A stretch of 64,000 nt of DNA, from assembly GCA_012295275.1 (NCBI GenBank), contig CM022675.1, forward strand, positions 5,022,001 to 5,086,000, written 5' to 3'. The notes below the pieces were generated by a model. The model saw nothing but the letters and a program-made list of their open reading frames with translations, was not told the origin of the DNA and did no database searches. Both the position numbers and the translations under genes were made by a program. Positions 40,174 to 52,969 of the stretch are shown here, one piece after another (position 1 is the first letter of the stretch; each line of letters starts with the position of its first letter). The DNA is from Chrysomallon squamiferum (taxonomy: Eukaryota > Animalia > Mollusca).

Positions 40174-40942
40174 TGTGTGTGTGTGTTAAGAAATATTTGG
40201 TTATCAGTTTATATGTTTAAATGCTTTGTACAAAATACTTAGGTCTGTTTTATTTAAATTTACGATTGAATCTGCCCTTAGTCTTTGTTTATACCACCAA
40301 GGGACACAACTCTGAGTTAAAGAGTTTGAATATTAGTGGAAACTCATTAGGTAATAAATTGTATTTTGCAGTAAAAAGTTAGTTCTTAATGCAAAATAAT
40401 AAAATATAAGCTTGCATATTTATATTTGAGATTTATATTATATATTTTTTTACTGTACACACACACACAGAGGAGGAAAAATAACACTTCTGAATAGCAT
40501 TTTGTAAATAAAAGAGTTTTCAGTTCTTTATTATTTGTGACGGAGATGTAATTATACAAAAACATCAGCAGCAATATGTAATGTGGGGTGGTAGTGACAG
40601 CTATTATGTAGTAATAGTTGCAACAGCATCAGTAATAGTAACAATAACAGCTACCACTGTAGCAATAGCAGTTAAAAGGATATAATAATAATAATAGCTA
40701 ACATTGTAGGATAGTGATAATAAAAGCTAATGTAGTGGTGCAGTAAAGGAGTTATCATATTGAGTTGTAGTAGGTTGTAGTAGCTGCAGTAGTAATAATA
40801 AGTGGTTTAGTAATAGTAGCAGTAATAATAATAATAGCAGCAATGTAGTTTTAATAGAGTGCAGTAGGAACAGTAGCTGTATTTGCAGTAGTCATAGTAG
40901 CAGTTCCTGTGTCATTTTTTTATTAATCTTTTTTTCCTATCG

Positions 40943-41798
40943 GAGAAGGAGGGTCTGTTGTCACTGTTATCAGTTGTTGGGAAGTCATCACCATTGACAA
41001 CGTTGTATCTTAACAGTCAGAAGAAAAACCTAAAAGAAAATGAAATGGATGAACTTTTCACAAAGTTGGCTGCTGCCATTGATAATAAATAAACTCATTT
41101 AAAAAAAAAAGAACAATAAAAAATAATAAAAAAGAAACAATAATAAATAAATAAATAGGCTAAACCTAACCCTTACCCTTGTCCTAACCAAACGCTAGAA
41201 CTAACTATAATCCTAACCCTAACTCTAACCTAAGTTTAACCAGTGGTAAAAATAAGGAAAAAGAATATTAAATAAAAGGGTTTATTATTGTTAATGCTGT
41301 TGTTAAGTTGTTTGTTTTTAAATTATTTATATAAACTGAATTAATTTTAAGGTCTCACTGTCAAGAAGTCAGGAGAGAAAATTGAATCATGTAATTGTCT
41401 CCCTTCAGGTGCAGAGAGCTTCCTGATTTAACTGACAGCACTTGGAGGACATCCTGCTAAACAGTTACAGTTATTTTTTATTTTTTATTTTTATTTTTGG
41501 TTCATATTTACCGAAATTTGTCATCTCATTTATTTATTTATTTATCTTCCTCTAGGAATGCTGGGTAATATGATGCATTGTCCAGCCATTCTCACAGATA
41601 AAGGAAACATCTGGCACTGTTACTAGGCACCTTCACATTGCAACCATGGTGAGTGAATACATAGTATGTGTAGTAATAACAGTTCACAGCTATCTGTCTA
41701 TCTTTCTCTATATATGTCTGTAATAATAAACATCACATTCTGCTTATTTATGAATATTTATATCTGGTTGTCTCTCTCAATTTAATGCTTCTCTATGT

Positions 41799-41886
<88 letters not shown>

Positions 41887-41992
41887 TTATATTAACATAG
41901 AAGAGAACTCTAAGGAGTGTATTCTCTCAGTTGATGAATTGAACACTATCACTGGGGCCAAGAAAGATGGAGAAGTACCTACCTGCCTTCAG
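40943..41992 (+). pseudogene. Further exon-like remnants, the first LRR-like
   Basis: 40943-41092 reads EKEGLLSLLSVVGKSSPLTTLYLNSQ..DELFTKLAAAIDNK*. AG/GT-bounded islands at 41556-41648 (internal stop) and 41901-41992 (EENSKECILSVDELNTITGAKKDGEVPTCLQ). Confidence 0.4.
41802..41882. repeat. (CT)n microsatellite
   Basis: Pure CT run. Confidence 0.95.
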
Positions 41993-42227
41993 GTAATAAA
42001 CAATGTATATGTGTGTGCTGTATTCTGTTTGTGTGTAATTTTTCATTTTTTCTTTTGTGTATTAGACATACGTATACATAGAGAGACACATAGGCAGATA
42101 TATAGATAGACATACAGATATATAGATTTTGTTAATATATGTAATTATTATTTTAACATTTTCACAGACTTAAAGCAGACAGAAAACTAGAAAGATAGAC
42201 AAATATAAAACAAAAGAACACACACAC

Positions 42228-42266
<39 letters not shown>

Positions 42267-42478
42267 GTACATCTGTAATTTTTGGATAAATAGTTTAAAA
42301 AAGTTATTATTATAACAACATTATTTTTATTAACTTTATTTTCTTTACAAATACCAACACAGATTTTATTATAAAAACACATACACACATATATGTATGT
42401 ATATTTGTTTGAATAAAATCTAGGTATGTATTTATAATTAAAAGAACAAGAAAATAAATTAATGAAACATGTAGTTGT

Positions 42479-42515
<37 letters not shown>

Positions 42516-43339
42516 TGAGTTTTATACATATTCGGAAAGAGAGTGAGAGGGAGATTAATAAATAAGAAATGATTAATATGAAATAATATTTCTTATTACT
42601 TAACATATATATGAATGTTTCCATCCAGTTTTAATTTCATCTTTTACATGAATTTCTAAAACTTTCCTTTCTTTTTTATGTAAAGAACAATAATTTCCTT
42701 CTCACATATAAACAGTTGTTAAAATCACATTTTTTTGTTGTTGATTTAATGTAATTATTATTATTATTATTATTATTTCATATATAACATAAAAAAAAAA
42801 AAAAACATAAAAATTAAAAAAATCCTTTCATTTGTAATTATGTGTATTGGTATCATGTGCTCATAAAATGATGTCAGTTCTTTTTGTGAAATGGACAGGG
42901 ATGAAAGCTTATCTTTAAATAACAGAGATTTTTGCTAACCATTGTTTTTACAAACTGTATGAATGAATGAATGAATGTCAATTCTACTTCATAGAAAATC
43001 ATTTTAAAAATGCTCTAATGAAAATTTTCTGATACAAAGAATGATAATTTCAACAATATAACTTAACTGATGATTGTTGCCTCTATCCAGTGTTCTGATA
43101 TAGAAAATAATACTTTCCACCATCCTGTTTGTATGATTTTTTTAATACTCTATTCAACATTTTCTGATACAAAGGATAACATGATAAGATATTCTGTTAA
43201 TTCACAAACACTGATACTGATATTTATTTGCTGATAAAATAGACAGATCAAAGCTTATAAGGGAAATCATATTTTTATTCAAGTTTTGTTTTCAAACTGT
43301 GATCTTTATCTTTGTTGTTTTCATTGAAGTGTTTTTGTA

Positions 43340-43603
43340 ATGTCAGATATTATTTATTTATCACATGGAGAAAGATCAGGGACATCAACATCAGCATCAC
43401 TCACCACTGCTGAAACAACACAACCGCCTGAATCAGATGAGTCACCTACTTGTTCTTTATGTTCAGAAGAATTTTTAGATAAGTGTCATGCAGACTCGTG
43501 TTTACATGAATTTTGTTTCAGCTGTTTGGAGAGGTGGTCTAGAAGCAGAAGAAATTGTCCAGTTTGCTCTGAAAGATTCACGACCATCATGCACAACGTA
43601 TGA
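43340..43603 (+). CDS. C3HC4 RING-finger protein, TOPORS-like E3 ubiquitin ligase N-terminal region (87-aa ORF or exon)
   Basis: CSLC-x11-CLHEFCFSC-LERW-x6-CPVC..FTTIMHNV has all eight zinc ligands and a TOPORS-like tail. ATG start, no internal disruption. Confidence 0.78.
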   Translation: MSDIIYLSHGERSGTSTSASLTTAETTQPPESDESPTCSLCSEEFLDKCHADSCLHEFCFSCLERWSRSRRNCPVCSERFTTIMHNV

Positions 43604-43979
43604 AACTCTTACTTATTAAATTATCAGTTTCACCAGATTAAGGTATCCTTAATTAAAAATATTACCTTATTTTTACTTATTTATAATTATGGGATATATA
43701 GTGTATACAGCACCTGTTTACAAAAAAACAACAAAAAAACAAAACACATGATAATGTTGAAAACATAATGGAATATCATTTAAGTTTTCTTCTATTTTTT
43801 TTTATAAATAATAATAATAATAATAATAATAATAATCAAAATAAACTGAAAATAATCTCTATATCTCACAAAATACAGGTGTTCTCTACAATCTACGTTC
43901 TTACTTGAAATTTTCATTTTACTCTCTAATATAATTTACGATATGCTGGTCTCTGTATCTGTGTGTGTCTCTCTGTCTG

Positions 43980-44708
43980 ATGAACATTAATCTTACCTTT
44001 CAGCAACTTCTTTTCAATGCTCCATTTCCCCATCCACCCAATAATGGAGGTCTACGAGTCCAAACAGCTACACAACACAAAAACCTACCAAAAGAGCTTG
44101 TAGTGGCCTTCAGGAGACCCACAATGCTTGAAGAGGTGAGATATTTTGCACATGTAGCTAACCAATCCACTACAATGATGCAACTGCCCAATGTGGCTAA
44201 CTTGGAAGAAAAGGTGGGCCACCTGTGGACATTGGTGGAAGCCTTACTAACTAACAAAGGTTAGGAGGTCAACCGACTACAGCACGAGGCCATACTGCAA
44301 CAGGAAATGTCACACCTCAGGCATCCAGCCAAAGACGTTTCGGGTCACACTTTCCAGCCCCACGGAACAAAGCTTACTACCACAATGACAATCAGGAGCC
44401 TGCGTACCAACCAGTATATCAACCGGATGGGAATTCACGCTTGATTGAAAAGAACATCTGATATCAGACACAAACCAGAATACGTTTCATTTCTAGCTCC
44501 CGTAACAAAAAACACAGTTCAAGTTGAGGTGGTTCAAGTTAAAACGAAGGCTCTTGTAGACACAGGTGCATCCATTAGCTGTATTAGCGAACAGTTCATG
44601 CACAAATTACAAGTACAGCCCTTAATGTCCAAGTATGACATCCCTGTCATCATAGGAGTGGTCACAAATATCCAGTGTGGTAAGGACCAAACTTGTCTCA
44701 AATCATAA
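43980..44708 (+). mobile_element. Gypsy/Ty3 LTR-retrotransposon fragment (gag remnant and aspartic protease)
   Basis: KALVDTGASISCISE retropepsin motif in ORF 44445..44708, preceded by a gag-like ORF remnant; truncated before RT. Confidence 0.8.
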
Positions 44709-45175
44709 ACCACAATCAAATAACATTTCCTTTGATCTAACTGCAATTCAGTAAATATTACTTTTTTAGTTTTCTATATTTCTGATGAAGCTAACTAACA
44801 TTTTCAGAATTAAAATGAAGATTAAAAAATTAAGAAATTATTGTTAATATTACAATGTAGAAAGAATTTGATTAACACATTATGACAACAAAATAAAAAA
44901 AATATTTATAAGATCTTCTTATATCCCTTTACAACTTGAGTCATTATGTTGTAATTAGCTATACAAAAAAAATTCTCTCTCCTTTAAATAAAATTTTAAA
45001 GCAAAACTGCACAATAAAATGCCATCCAGGTATATTTACACAATACTCTTTTGTTGTTAATTTCTGTATTAATTAAATTTAGTGGGAAAAAAAACCAAAT
45101 AAAACAATTAGTAAGCTTCCCAGTAAGTCACCAAGGATACATTAAAAATATTTTTAATTTTTTTTTTTTTTTCAG

Positions 45176-48100
45176 AAATCAAATGGTTATCAGTGGGTTA
45201 CATTATAAGAAATTTTCATGGGAGTTTCCTTGGACAAATAAGGATGAAGAATGCAAGGAAGTAAATTTTATTTAATAATTTTCATTTGTTCATGTAAATT
45301 ATTTTCATGTCAATAGGAAATTTGTAAATAAAAACAGAAATACCTGAAGTGAAGAGAAAGAAATTCATGTTTTTAGACTGACCTGTTTTGTGCCAAATTA
45401 CAAATTATTTTTAATCCCCAGTGAGTTTTTTTTAGAAACAGCTATGGTTCCTACTTTTTAAAAGATCTTGTAATTAATTTTTTTCTGTAGTTTATCTGGA
45501 ATTGATAATGAATGTAATTGTTTTTCTTCTTCTAATGCCAGTTTCCAACATGTACTGTTGCTTTGAAAGGACTTCATGTACTTTTATCAGCATATCCAGT
45601 TATGGATCCTCTGAAGGAATTAGAAGTAAATTTATTGAAAGATTTATTTCATTTTGAAATAGTTTTAAATGATTGTTCTTTCAGATTTGCAATCATTTTA
45701 ACTGAAATCATCAATCGTGAAGAACCATATAGCACTGGACTTACCATGATCTCTTCAGATAACATTCTCAATCTGCTTAGGTCAAAAGAGTCACCAGAAT
45801 GTAAACCTGCATTAAAGGTAGGAAAAACAAACAAAAAATTGAAACAGAAAATAATGTAATTTTAATTTATTATTGAATAAATGAATTTATTTATTATTTC
45901 TTTCATTTTTTATTTACTTGTTAATTTATTTTTTTATTTTAAGACATTCTAAAACAAATAAAATATATTTCTATATGTGGTTTCTTCTCCAGCTGTTGAG
46001 TATATTGTATATTGAAGTTGAAGATTATTTCCACATATTGATCTATGTTGCCTGAAAACATAAGAGGTGAGACACAAATACTTAAGGTAATAGATGTAGT
46101 GTCAAGCCAAATTTATCCCTAATTGTATTCATTAACGATTTTAATTTGATGCTAGTAAATTCATAAATAATTATTAATAGTATTTATCTTTCATGTGTCA
46201 AAAATATGAGTATTTTTATTAATAATACATCCAACCATTTTTTAATCTACTGTTCAGGGCTATGCAGCTCAGTATAGAAGAATCGTTAATCTTCTTTTTT
46301 TTGTACACCTCCCCTCACATCAGTGACCTTCTATATATCTCTTTATTTAAATAGATAAACTAGACACCAAGCCCTGACTGTAATGAAAAATGTTCCATCA
46401 GGTGTTATAAGATATGTGAAAAACTAATATAAAACACCTAAAACTATTTTATCATGAACACTCATTTTAACTAGAAGTGAGGCATATTGTTTTTCTCAGT
46501 AGTCAGGCTGGATGGGGAGTAATGGACACATGTCCTCTGAAAGTATTTCTAACGTTCTGGAATTTTTAAATTTTGGATTAATCTTCTGTGGTGCTCCCAT
46601 TCAGCTTTTTCATGTTCCAACTGATTGTCTGTAAGCAGTTTCTCAAAGGCCATGATAGTTACTATCCTGTTATTGAAAAGGCAAGATATATACAATTCAG
46701 TAATCCACAATAGGTGACAGTGATAAAATAATAAAATAAAATTGGTAATACAGTTTTGTGTGTGTGTGTGTGTGTGTGTGATATTAAAAATTGATATTTT
46801 ATTGCTTCATTCACAGGAGCATTTGTTTTTATGTGTGTTATTAAGACTACAGTGTAAGTAAACTTTGAAACAATGTTTTATCTCTCTAGTCAGAAACGTG
46901 GAATGAACAGCCACATGAACGACCAACTTTCAAGACCTTACTGAGCAATCTAAATCACATCTACCCAGTGAAAGGAGATCTCATCGATAATCTTGTAAAC
47001 ATGGTGTGTTCATTTACTGGTGTTTCAAAAGCAGACTGTTACTATAGAATCTATATTTTGAATAAAGTTTACAGCCTCCATATTTTAACAAAAATTATAA
47101 GGAATGTTACATGTTTTGTATAGGGGTCACAAATAAAAAAAAAAATGTCGTGGATCATGATGTATTTTTAAAGCCAGTTCATTTTCTTACAGAGGAGTAA
47201 TAAAAGCTAACATTAATTATTAAACTAAAAATCAGTACTATTGATTACTTCTTGAAATTTGTCCTTGTTTTTTTTTTTTTTTTAAATAATTTATGATTAT
47301 TATACAAAATTTTGGCTTAAAAAGACAGATATGTTGGTTACTTTCTTTGCACTGAATCTAATGTACACTAGCTTGATATGTTTCTTAAAGCTTCAGAAGT
47401 GTTCCACAGATCTTGAGGGCATTGTTGCTGAGAGAACAAAGGATCTGATTGCTGAGAAACAAAAAACTGAAATGCTTATTCGTCAGATGTTACCAAAACA
47501 AGTTGAAGAAGATTTAAAACATGGGCACAGTGTTGATCCTCAAAGCTTTCACTGCATTACCATCTTCTTCAGGTCTTCAGTTTAAAAAAATGTTTCTTTC
47601 TAAATGTTAACTGAGACCATTTATAGAAGTTTAAAAATATCAATATCTAGAACTATCTTTTCAGTGATATTTAAGGATTTTATTTATTTAAACTGGGATT
47701 TATGCAGAAATTTTATGAAATTTATTTTTCCAAACAAAATAATCATAATTCATCATTCTTATATGAAATATAACTTTGATACTTTAATTTAAAACAGAAA
47801 TAAATAAAAATGATTTTCTACACATCTGTTATTTTTGTTTATGTTGCAGTGACATTGTAGGTTTTACCAAAATTGCCACAGAGAGTACTCCTCTACAAAT
47901 TGTAGAATTACTCAATGATCTGTACAAATGATCTGTACACTACATTTGATGGAATTCTTGACGGTTATGATGTATATAAAGTGGAAACAGTTGGTGATGC
48001 ATGTGAGTGAATTATTCAAAATTCTATATGCCACATCACTTTTAACTGAACTAATAAAATGGCCATCATAAACATCTCTCAAATGAATATAGGGATGCGT

Positions 48101-50226
48101 GTAAGACCCAAACAGTACATTATGGTTGTAAGTGAATTAAATATCTATTTTTTTCCAGTAAATAAAATGATAACAAACATCTAGCTGTTGAGATTTTTAT
48201 TTTATTTTTTAAATTTAATTTTGTTATCATATAGTCACATGTATTCTATTTACGTATTTGACACTGAATGCAAAATTATATGTTGTATTTTTCTGACTAA
48301 GTTATTATAAAAAGTTATTATGATAGTTTGTGTTCTGTAATTGGGTTTATATATAAAATGTTGTCACCCATCTATAAATTATTCCACTTTTGAAGAAAAG
48401 TAGCCATGCTCTTGATAACCAACATGAAAACACTACTTTTGTTACATTCATAAAATCTGATTTAAGGTTGGCTCTGGCAAACATTTTACCTGGTAATTTG
48501 GTGGTTTCTTTTTATTAAACATAAAATTATATTGCTAACAAAAAGAATCCCACAGATTACAGTGCAAAAAATTATTTATGTATGTATATATATACGTATA
48601 AATGTCAAATTTTCAAATATTGATATAAAATTCAGCTGTTTGTAATTATTTTCAATTTAAATCACCCTAGAATTAATAGATTTATTTTCAGTTTAACACA
48701 GTATCATTACAGAAGTTACGTTTCTGTGGCTGCTTGTCAAGAACATGAATATCTGTCTTGGAAATTGTTTTTATTTTGTTTTTTGCTAGACATGGTTGTC
48801 AGTGGTTTGCCAATACGGAGTGAGACAAAACATGCTGGAGAAATAGCTACCATGTCTCTGGACCTGCTGTCATCAGTCAGTGCTTTTAAAATTAAACACA
48901 TGCCAGACAGAATGCTTCAACTCCGAGTTGGAATACATTCTGGTATATAAAACAGTCAAGCATTGTCAGTATATTAGTAAATAGTCAAGTATTATTAAAT
49001 TATAAATTAATACAGTTGTTTAGAATACTTTTAATATTTTTGAAACACACTAAGACTTAAAAACTGATCAGTATTTATTCAAATTCAATTCTGAGTACTA
49101 TATCATCGGGCAAATGTTAAAATCAGTTGAAATGCTTTTCATAAATTATTAAGTTAGTAATCAGCTAAAACATTTTGACAGTTTCAGGAACTATTGTGGC
49201 TGGTGTTATTGGACTTAAAATGCCTAGATATTGTTTGTTTGGAGACACTGTCAACACAGCATCTCAAATGGAGAGTAGTTCACTGGGTTTGTTTTAGTAT
49301 TATCTAACAATTACTGAAAATATCATTCTGTTCTTGTTTGCCTGAGGTTAAATATCAAAATAATACATCATCAAACGAAAATAAACAATCCTTACTTAGG
49401 CTCTGGAACTGATAAGAAAGTGTACTGAATATATAAATATATTTATATATAGGTATGCAAACTAATGAAATCTCAATAAGAAGACATGGCTTAATAATAC
49501 TTTTATATTTATGACAGTAACATAATCAAATTGTTTAGTATTAAACCAAATATAATTAATAAATAAAAACTTATACAGTATTGCTTTGTTTGAATTTACA
49601 AATTAAAAGTGTTTATTCTGTTTATATATTTTAGCTTTACGAATACTGATGAGTGAAAATACTAAAAACATCTTGGATCAACTTGGAGGTTATGAATGTG
49701 AATGCTGTGGAGATGTATCTGTTAAGGTAATCTTACTGCTATAGTGTGAAAAGTAAATTTCTGACATAATTAAATTAGAAGCCATCTTTATCAGAAGTAT
49801 GTACTGGATGACTGAGACACTAAGTCTCTGAGTCAGTCCTTCATAGAGCCAGTGTTTTCCAATTCATGTCTCACTGCATGTCATGACTGGTGTATGAAAA
49901 TAAACTACCTGTGTTAATGTAATTAACAAAGTCTATTGGCAGCAATTTTTGGGGCTGTAAAATGTGTTTAGCAATGAATTAAAAAAATAAAATAATTAAA
50001 AACATCATTTGCAAAGCAGTATTTTTTTTTATAAAAGGAAAAAAAGTACTATAATTTGTAGTAGTTTTAACAGAAAAGGTTTGTTTTAATCTAGATGTAA
50101 CTTCACTTGGTTTTTCAGGGTAAGGGAGTTATGACAACCTACTGGCTTCTGGGGAAAGATATATTCATAAAACCATTGCCTCATTTAAGCTTGGCTCTGT
50201 CTATTTCAGAGCATGAAATTAAATAA
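45176..50226 (+). pseudogene. Receptor guanylyl cyclase, copy 2; disrupted and internally deleted
   Basis: Exons 45176-45260, 45685-45817 (FAIILTEIINREEPY), 46890-47003, 47391-47572, 47850-48002, 48790-48942, 49188-49286, 49635-49726, 50119-50226, near-identical to copy 1 including introns. A 13-bp tandem duplication at 47914-47939 frameshifts the cyclase domain, and about 2.8 kb of copy 1 is absent. Confidence 0.92.
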
Positions 50227-52969
50227 TTGACTAACAAACCAATCAATACTCAGTGAAGACATCATATTTATACAGGTAATTACAGAAAGAAAAAACAATT
50301 TTCAAGACTACTTCAGCCACATTATGATATCTTTGTCTGATGATAAAAAGAAGTAATTTGGATTTCGTTAGAAAATTGTTTTCAGCCTTAATTAATTTTC
50401 TTTTAGCCTATGTACATGAATTACCTGCAGATTAAAATAAATCTTCCATGTACGTCTTTTATTGCAAATACAGGCATGCTGTAAAAACAAAAAATCTTTG
50501 CAGGTTAGAATAAACAGATATGACCAATTAACTCAGAAAAAAAATGCACAACAAACAACTCCCACTCTAAAATGTGGTATGATTTTGTCATAGCAACCTC
50601 ACAGTATAAGTGTAGAAACTACAATAAACAAAACTAATAAGAAAATAAAAGAGAGAAATAAAAACAAAATTAACATGACAATATTAAAGAGGATTGAAAC
50701 TTAATTAAACCATGGAAATATTCTGTATTATTGTTACTGGTTTAGTTGATCAGTTAAGATACAGTTTAAAATATAGTAATAATAGTTAAGTTGTGACAAT
50801 TTTCTTTATTATAATATTTTTTTTTTTTTCTTCATTTAATATTAATCTTCAAATTTACTGAGTTTTAGATTTATAACAGATGTTTAATTACCTGAATATC
50901 CTGGAAACTCAAATGGAGTTTTTCATCTTGAAAGGCGATGATTCGCAACATCTCTTTTTTATTTTCTGTCATACTGTTACTTCTTTTGATGCAGAAATCA
51001 TCTATATAGAAACAGATAGCTTTTACATTAAACAGAACAGATGCACAAAAATAGAACAATAAATAGTGTAAAATAACATTTAAAAACAACAGAACAGGTG
51101 CATGAAAATAAAATAATAAATAATGTAAAATAAGATTTAAATTTAACAAAATAGATGCAAGAAAATAAAATAACAAGATTTAAAAGTGTCAGATACGCTC
51201 TTTAATTATCACGTAAACCGTGTAATTGTGTGTTTATTTGGAAAGTTCTTAAAATACATTCTATTCATAAGCTGTCATTAGTACCTGAAATACATCCTAA
51301 GATTCACTTAAAAATACTTGTAAGTGCACTGCCCTTGAACCTGCGTTCCTTAACAGAGATAAAAATACAAAATGCATTTTTTTCAATAATCTATTTACTT
51401 TTACTATCAGTAACCATCTGTAAGATCCTGACATTATTAGCTACACCCTAAACTGTAGCCTTAAATAGGAACCAACACATCGTGTACAATGTGTAAACTC
51501 ATTTTGTTAATTATTTATGTACTTTCTGTTTGTTTGTTTTCTTAACAAAACACTGAAACAACTCTGCAAATGCTGTAGCTTTCAATTACCTTTAGTTTTT
51601 TCATAAAATAAAACTTCAAAGTCAAAACAATAATATAATATTCTAAACTGTTTTTATTTTACAGGATTCATTATAATTGTTGGCAGTTTTAATTTTTCGG
51701 TAGGTCAAATAAATAAATAAATATATAATATTAGCAAAAAGTTAAATAAATAAAATATAATAATTAAAAATAATAATAATGAAATAACAACAAAACCATT
51801 GCAATGAATGCCATAACTTTTATTTTATTTGATTTAATGTTTATTATAATTCACAATTACTAAAAATGTTACAAATGTCAGAGTATATGATCAGCAATAT
51901 TGTTCAGCCGTAAATAATAATATCAGTACAAGTTATTAAGATTATATAAAATTCCTATAAAAAAAGTAAAGAATATAAAATACAGATAAAATTCTTATGA
52001 AAAGGAAACAAAGTAAATAAGCAACATTTTATAACTATATAAGATTCAAGTCTAGTGCTTGGAGTAAAACTATACTCAAATCTATTAAAAACAAAATAAA
52101 GATCCACTTACACTGAAGATGTTAAAGTGCTTTAAATAAGATCACACAGAAAAACACTATTAAAAGCAACAGCTCATTATGAAGTCATTCCTATAAACAA
52201 ATGTAGAAATATTTTATGTTGATGTGGAGATGTCTGGAACATCATCTGTTTCCTACAGTATCATTGTTTATCTATCACCTTCAGATATGTTTGTGTTAAT
52301 CGACTGAATAAAAGTTTATGATGACAAATGCTAAAACTGGACAAGAAAATATCTGTCAGTCACGTATTTTCAGCTGTGGTATCAGCTATTATCTTATGAT
52401 ACATTTGAATCATGCAGTCAGATATTATCTACTAATACTTTCAAATTATATATAGTTTTTCATATAAAATATTTCTATGAATAAATATTTCCAGTTTTGA
52501 TATTACATGCTCAAAGAGAAAACTACGAATACTACAAACAGTTTGATTGATGTGATGTTCTAACTAAAAAATAAAATGTTCTGTCTTTCTACAAAGTGCA
52601 TGTCAGAAATTTGGTCATACAAATAATTCTGAACTGTAATTAGTTTTAGAAAATATAATTTTCGAAATATTACTTTAACTGAAAAACTTTAATAATTGGT
52701 TAAAAGTTTCTGTTGTTCCTGTTTAAAACTACAGATTTAAAATATAAATGATTACTATTGCACCACAGTTATATATTGTCTTAATAAAATTAATTTTCAT
52801 CACTGTTAACTTTAAATATCATACTGGATACTGGTTTTGTATCACTTTTGGTTTTAGAAAATATATTTTACTAATAGAATGTATGTTAACAACATGTAAT
52901 ATTTAGACTATTTTCATCACAAGAGTTCAAGCAAATATGTTGTGTCTAGCTATAATTTTGATTAACAGT

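Noticed and set aside
41160-41240. Telomere-like CCTAAC repeats (also 55548-55580)
   Set aside because: Short and degenerate; more likely part of an interspersed repeat than an interstitial telomere.
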